The notes below the pieces were generated by a model. It saw only the letters and a list, made by a program, of their open reading frames with translations, did no database searches and had not been told where the DNA came from. From assembly GCA_002269645.1 (NCBI GenBank), contig NIVC01000085.1:1046312-1110311 (forward strand): a stretch of 64,000 nt of DNA, written 5' to 3'. The translations under genes were made by a program, and so were the position numbers. Position 1 is the stretch's first letter, and the number at the start of each line of letters is the position of its first letter. Source of the stretch: Macrostomum lignano. Taxonomy: Eukaryota. This document shows, piece by piece, positions 61,235-64,000 of this stretch.

Positions 61235-63268
61235 TTATATTTGAGTAGGAGGTTTTTCCAAATAAGCAGTAGAGGGAAAAACATAACCAAACGACGTACT
61301 ACCACATACAACCGCACCACGAATAAAATGTGCAGCATCCGATCCTCCAGTTCGAGCACCAAAACCCATAAGAGTTCCACTTTTATCCAAAGTTCCCCAA
61401 GTTCCACTATCATATGTGAAAACGTTCTGCCCAATGAGGGTAAAAGAATCACCAGCAACATTGTATGACTGTAATCGGTACCAAACCCTTTGATTTAAAA
61501 TATTAACTTCAAATAAATGCCAATCGCCGTTATCAATATTAGCATAGGCTACAGTTTGATCCGCATCACTACTAACATCGTTACGAACCGTAGATCCGTC
61601 TGATTTTTTATTACTCCAAACAACTCCAAACCTATCAGTCCACTCACTAGCAAACACTATCAGCCCGGCGTCGTTGATAATCCAGATCCAAATTCCGATG
61701 TTGGACGTTCGTGACAATATGCATAAAACCAAACCGCATCTGCACCATCTCCTGTAGAATTAGCAACTCGGAAAAAGAAAGACGCAGATATATTTTGAAA
61801 ATGTGTGAAATTGAATTGTAAAGCACCACTGACTCCAGAAGTTTCACGAGTAATTCTAGCGCCGTTTTGATAATCGATATAAGAAGCATCGCTAATTAAA
61901 GAACCGACTGGATATATATCTCCGGCGGTTGTTGGATTTTGATATCCAGACCAATTGCAAATTACTGGTTCGAACAAGGCCGCATCAATAGCAGGTATTC
62001 CATCCAATTTATTTTTATCGCTTCCAGACATTCTACCATTTGATGTTGGAGTAGCTAGCTGATCTACGTACGCTCGCGGAACTGCAGAAAGTATTTGAGT
62101 TGGCCAATTAAGATCTTGAATTTCAACACGGTGTTCAAATAATTGTATTTGACGAACCTCGATAGGTTGTGTACCGGTACCACCAGTTGGGAAGAATACG
62201 CTATAATATTTCCAAAAATTAGTCGTTAAATTAGATAGAGCAAATGATGTTGCTTGAACTGGTGATCCCGACGTAGTTAATGTGTCCATGAATCGGTAGC
62301 AACATTTTTTGCGCGAACCGACCACCCCGAGGGTATCTCAATTGTTTCACTGCCTGTAATTCTTAATTCAAATATTCTTCTATTATAACCTAAAAATTCA
62401 AATTGAATTTCCATATTGGTTGTGGTTCCGGTATTTGGTGACCATTGTGTCGCAAGGCTTCCATCTCCAACTCGAAAAGCTGTGTTGCCATTTTCAGATG
62501 CTGTAAGAACAACATCAGGATTTGAAGTATTTGATGTAAGCGGCGTGGTAAAAATATCGGCGTCGGTTGCATTAGCTCGCTCGTTTACTTGGCCTAGAGT
62601 TATCGAGTCTGCGTTCTCTGTTCCAAATAATAAATTTGTTAATTTAAAATTATTCATATTATTTCCACTACGAGTGGCAACTTGATTATCGACATAGTTC
62701 TTATCAACCACTGAATCACTAGTTGTAATTGAAACATTTATAATTCGGTTGTTGCTCATATCTAGGTTTCCGGTTGCGGTGGTTTGAACATAACGTGAAT
62801 CAGAATCAGTTCGAGAATAAGAATCAGTTACATCTCTTTTTAAATTTAATCCATTATCAACTTCGGTTTTGGTATAAGAATCGGCTACGTTCCGTTTCAA
62901 ATTTAATGAATTATCAACCTCTTTTTGGTATAAGAATCGGTATTCCGTTTAAATTTAATGAATTATCAACTTCGTTTTGGTATAGAATCGGCTGTATTGC
63001 GTTTTAAATTTAATGAATTATCAACTTCGGTTTTGGTATAGGAATCGGCTACGTTCCGTTTCAGATTTAGTGAATCATCTATTTGAGTTTTGGTATAGGA
63101 ATCTGCAACATTTCTTTTTAAATTTATTTATTATCAATTTCAGTTTTTTTATAACCTTCATCTCATTAATATATCGATTATCTCCAAATGTAACACTTAT
63201 TCCACCAGATGTGCCACCACCACCACTACTTGTTGTTCCGTTCCATGAGGTGTTCCAGAAAATAACAT
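61235..63268 (-). CDS. Fibre/receptor-binding-like protein, about 670 aa, multiply frameshifted
   Basis: Gly/Thr leader; about 6 LNLKRNVADSYTKTEVDNS repeats; MSNNRIINV...VDKNYVD and KLTNLLFGTENADSITLGQV stalk motifs; F5/8C-like domain; ATPTSNGRMSGSDKNKLDGI; L-lectin-like domain (FFFRV..GDGADAVWF, DNGDWHLFEV). Confidence 0.7.
62826..63150 (-). repeat. 57-nt (19-aa) coding tandem repeat in the fibre gene
   Basis: About 6 units encoding LNLKRNVADSYTKTEVDNS. Confidence 0.85.
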
Positions 63269-63278
63269 TTTTTACTGT

Positions 63279-63709
63279 CTATTTTATAGAGTCTAAAAAT
63301 ATTCTTAAATACTTCGGGTTTTTCGACATTATTAATTTTATATAAAAAATACAACGCCGCTTGCCCGCAATAACTTTTGTCAAATGTTTGAAATTGTTCG
63401 TGATGATCTCCACATAAACGATTTTTAGTATGATTAAATTTGGTTTTATTTCCTGTAACGGAGGAAGCGCGTATGAATCAAAAAAATAAACAAGTTTTGG
63501 TTTTGAATAAACTGCCACAATGAACACCTTTTCTTTTGTTGTTTCAATATTAACAATGAAAATCCATATTGTGGTAAGTCTTTGATCTCATCTCGCATAA
63601 CACATCTGAATGGTTTTATTTTTAACTGCCTCGCCCAATTTGTTAATTCGATATTGCTTGTTGTGTCCGTTCCATATCTTTGTTTAAAATCATCCCACGT
63701 CATGGTCAT
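63279..63709 (-). CDS. Adenain-type (Polinton PRO) cysteine protease, frameshifted
   Basis: Stitching frames gives ...VNIETTKEKGVH(W)VAVYSKPKLVYFFDSY...EQFQTFDKSYCGQAALYFL, i.e. an H-D-C triad with oxyanion Gln. Confidence 0.85.
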
Positions 63710-63739
63710 TTTATGTTCCTGAAAAACTTTGGTTTTAGT

Positions 63740-63910
63740 TAGTTTCGTAGGTGTGGGTTTAACAATTCCTTTCTTATTTTATCAGCTTGTAACTGCCTTA
63801 ATTTTGCTAGTTCTAGTTCGTAATTATCTTCAGCTTTTTTAACTTTTTCTGATTGTTTTTATTAATTATTATTATTATCGTGCTTTGGCGAACATGTTGT
63901 TCATTACCAT
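63740..63910 (-). CDS. Small viral hypothetical ORF (frameshifted, basic coiled coil)
   Basis: CTATAGTAAAAATG start context; NKNNQKKLKKAEDNYELELAKLRQLQADK in a shifted frame. Confidence 0.3.
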
Positions 63911-64000
63911 TTTTACTATAGGAAAGCAAAGTCCTCGAACCTGGTTCGGCTAACCTGTTTTATACGTAAATCACTGTTATTGACTGCCCACCAAAACTTA

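Larger units (their letters stand above)
53075..64000. mobile_element. Polinton/Maverick (adintovirus-like) endogenous dsDNA virus; left end present, right end beyond the window
   Basis: Starts with AGTAGT; abrupt shift to AT-rich, intronless, gene-dense sequence; encodes pPolB, adenain-type protease, pX-like and fibre-like proteins. Confidence 0.9.

Noticed and set aside
62311-62335. Another GC-hairpin insertion (gcgcgaaccgaccacccc)
   Set aside because: Encodes PSGWSVRAK, which fits the expected strand of the F5/8C-like domain, and has no good stem.
53075-64000. Bacteriophage or bacterial contaminant
   Set aside because: Despite phage-like fibre modules, the adenain-type protease, Polinton-type pPolB, pX-like protein and AGTAGT terminus indicate a eukaryotic Polinton-class element; no Shine-Dalgarno pattern was noticed.

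Overview
Repeat-rich invertebrate (metazoan) genomic DNA. Tyr-rich eggshell-like gene, GT-AG introns and a heavy minisatellite load suggest a flatworm such as Macrostomum (inference only). Positions 1-53,074 are host sequence. Host genes: a CELF RRM first exon, a 4-exon TBATA/SPATIAL-like gene with an intronless Tyr/Gly/Asp/Lys-repeat secreted protein gene nested in intron 2, the large Rab RASEF, an unrecognised MRIGSENWHEKQ/KAEVKAE repeat protein, PDE12 and a small MGCGAS lipid-anchor protein. Also present are about 20 tandem arrays, several MITEs, a foldback element and a LINE 3' fragment. From 53,075 (AGTAGT terminus) to the window end lies an AT-rich Polinton/Maverick (adintovirus-like) endogenous virus. 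It encodes a frameshifted protein-primed PolB, a frameshifted adenain-type protease, pVI-like and pX-like candidate membrane-active core proteins, and a mosaic fibre-like adhesin (YTKTEVD repeats, YadA-stalk-like motifs, F5/8C-like and L-lectin-like domains). Capsid, ATPase and integrase genes were not seen in the window. The most unusual signals are the nested-palindrome left terminus, a GC-rich hairpin module inserted in frame in PolB (one copy just after the catalytic DTDS motif), and a shared TA(T)AAAATRG motif at most viral gene starts. All homology calls are by eye, without database searches.
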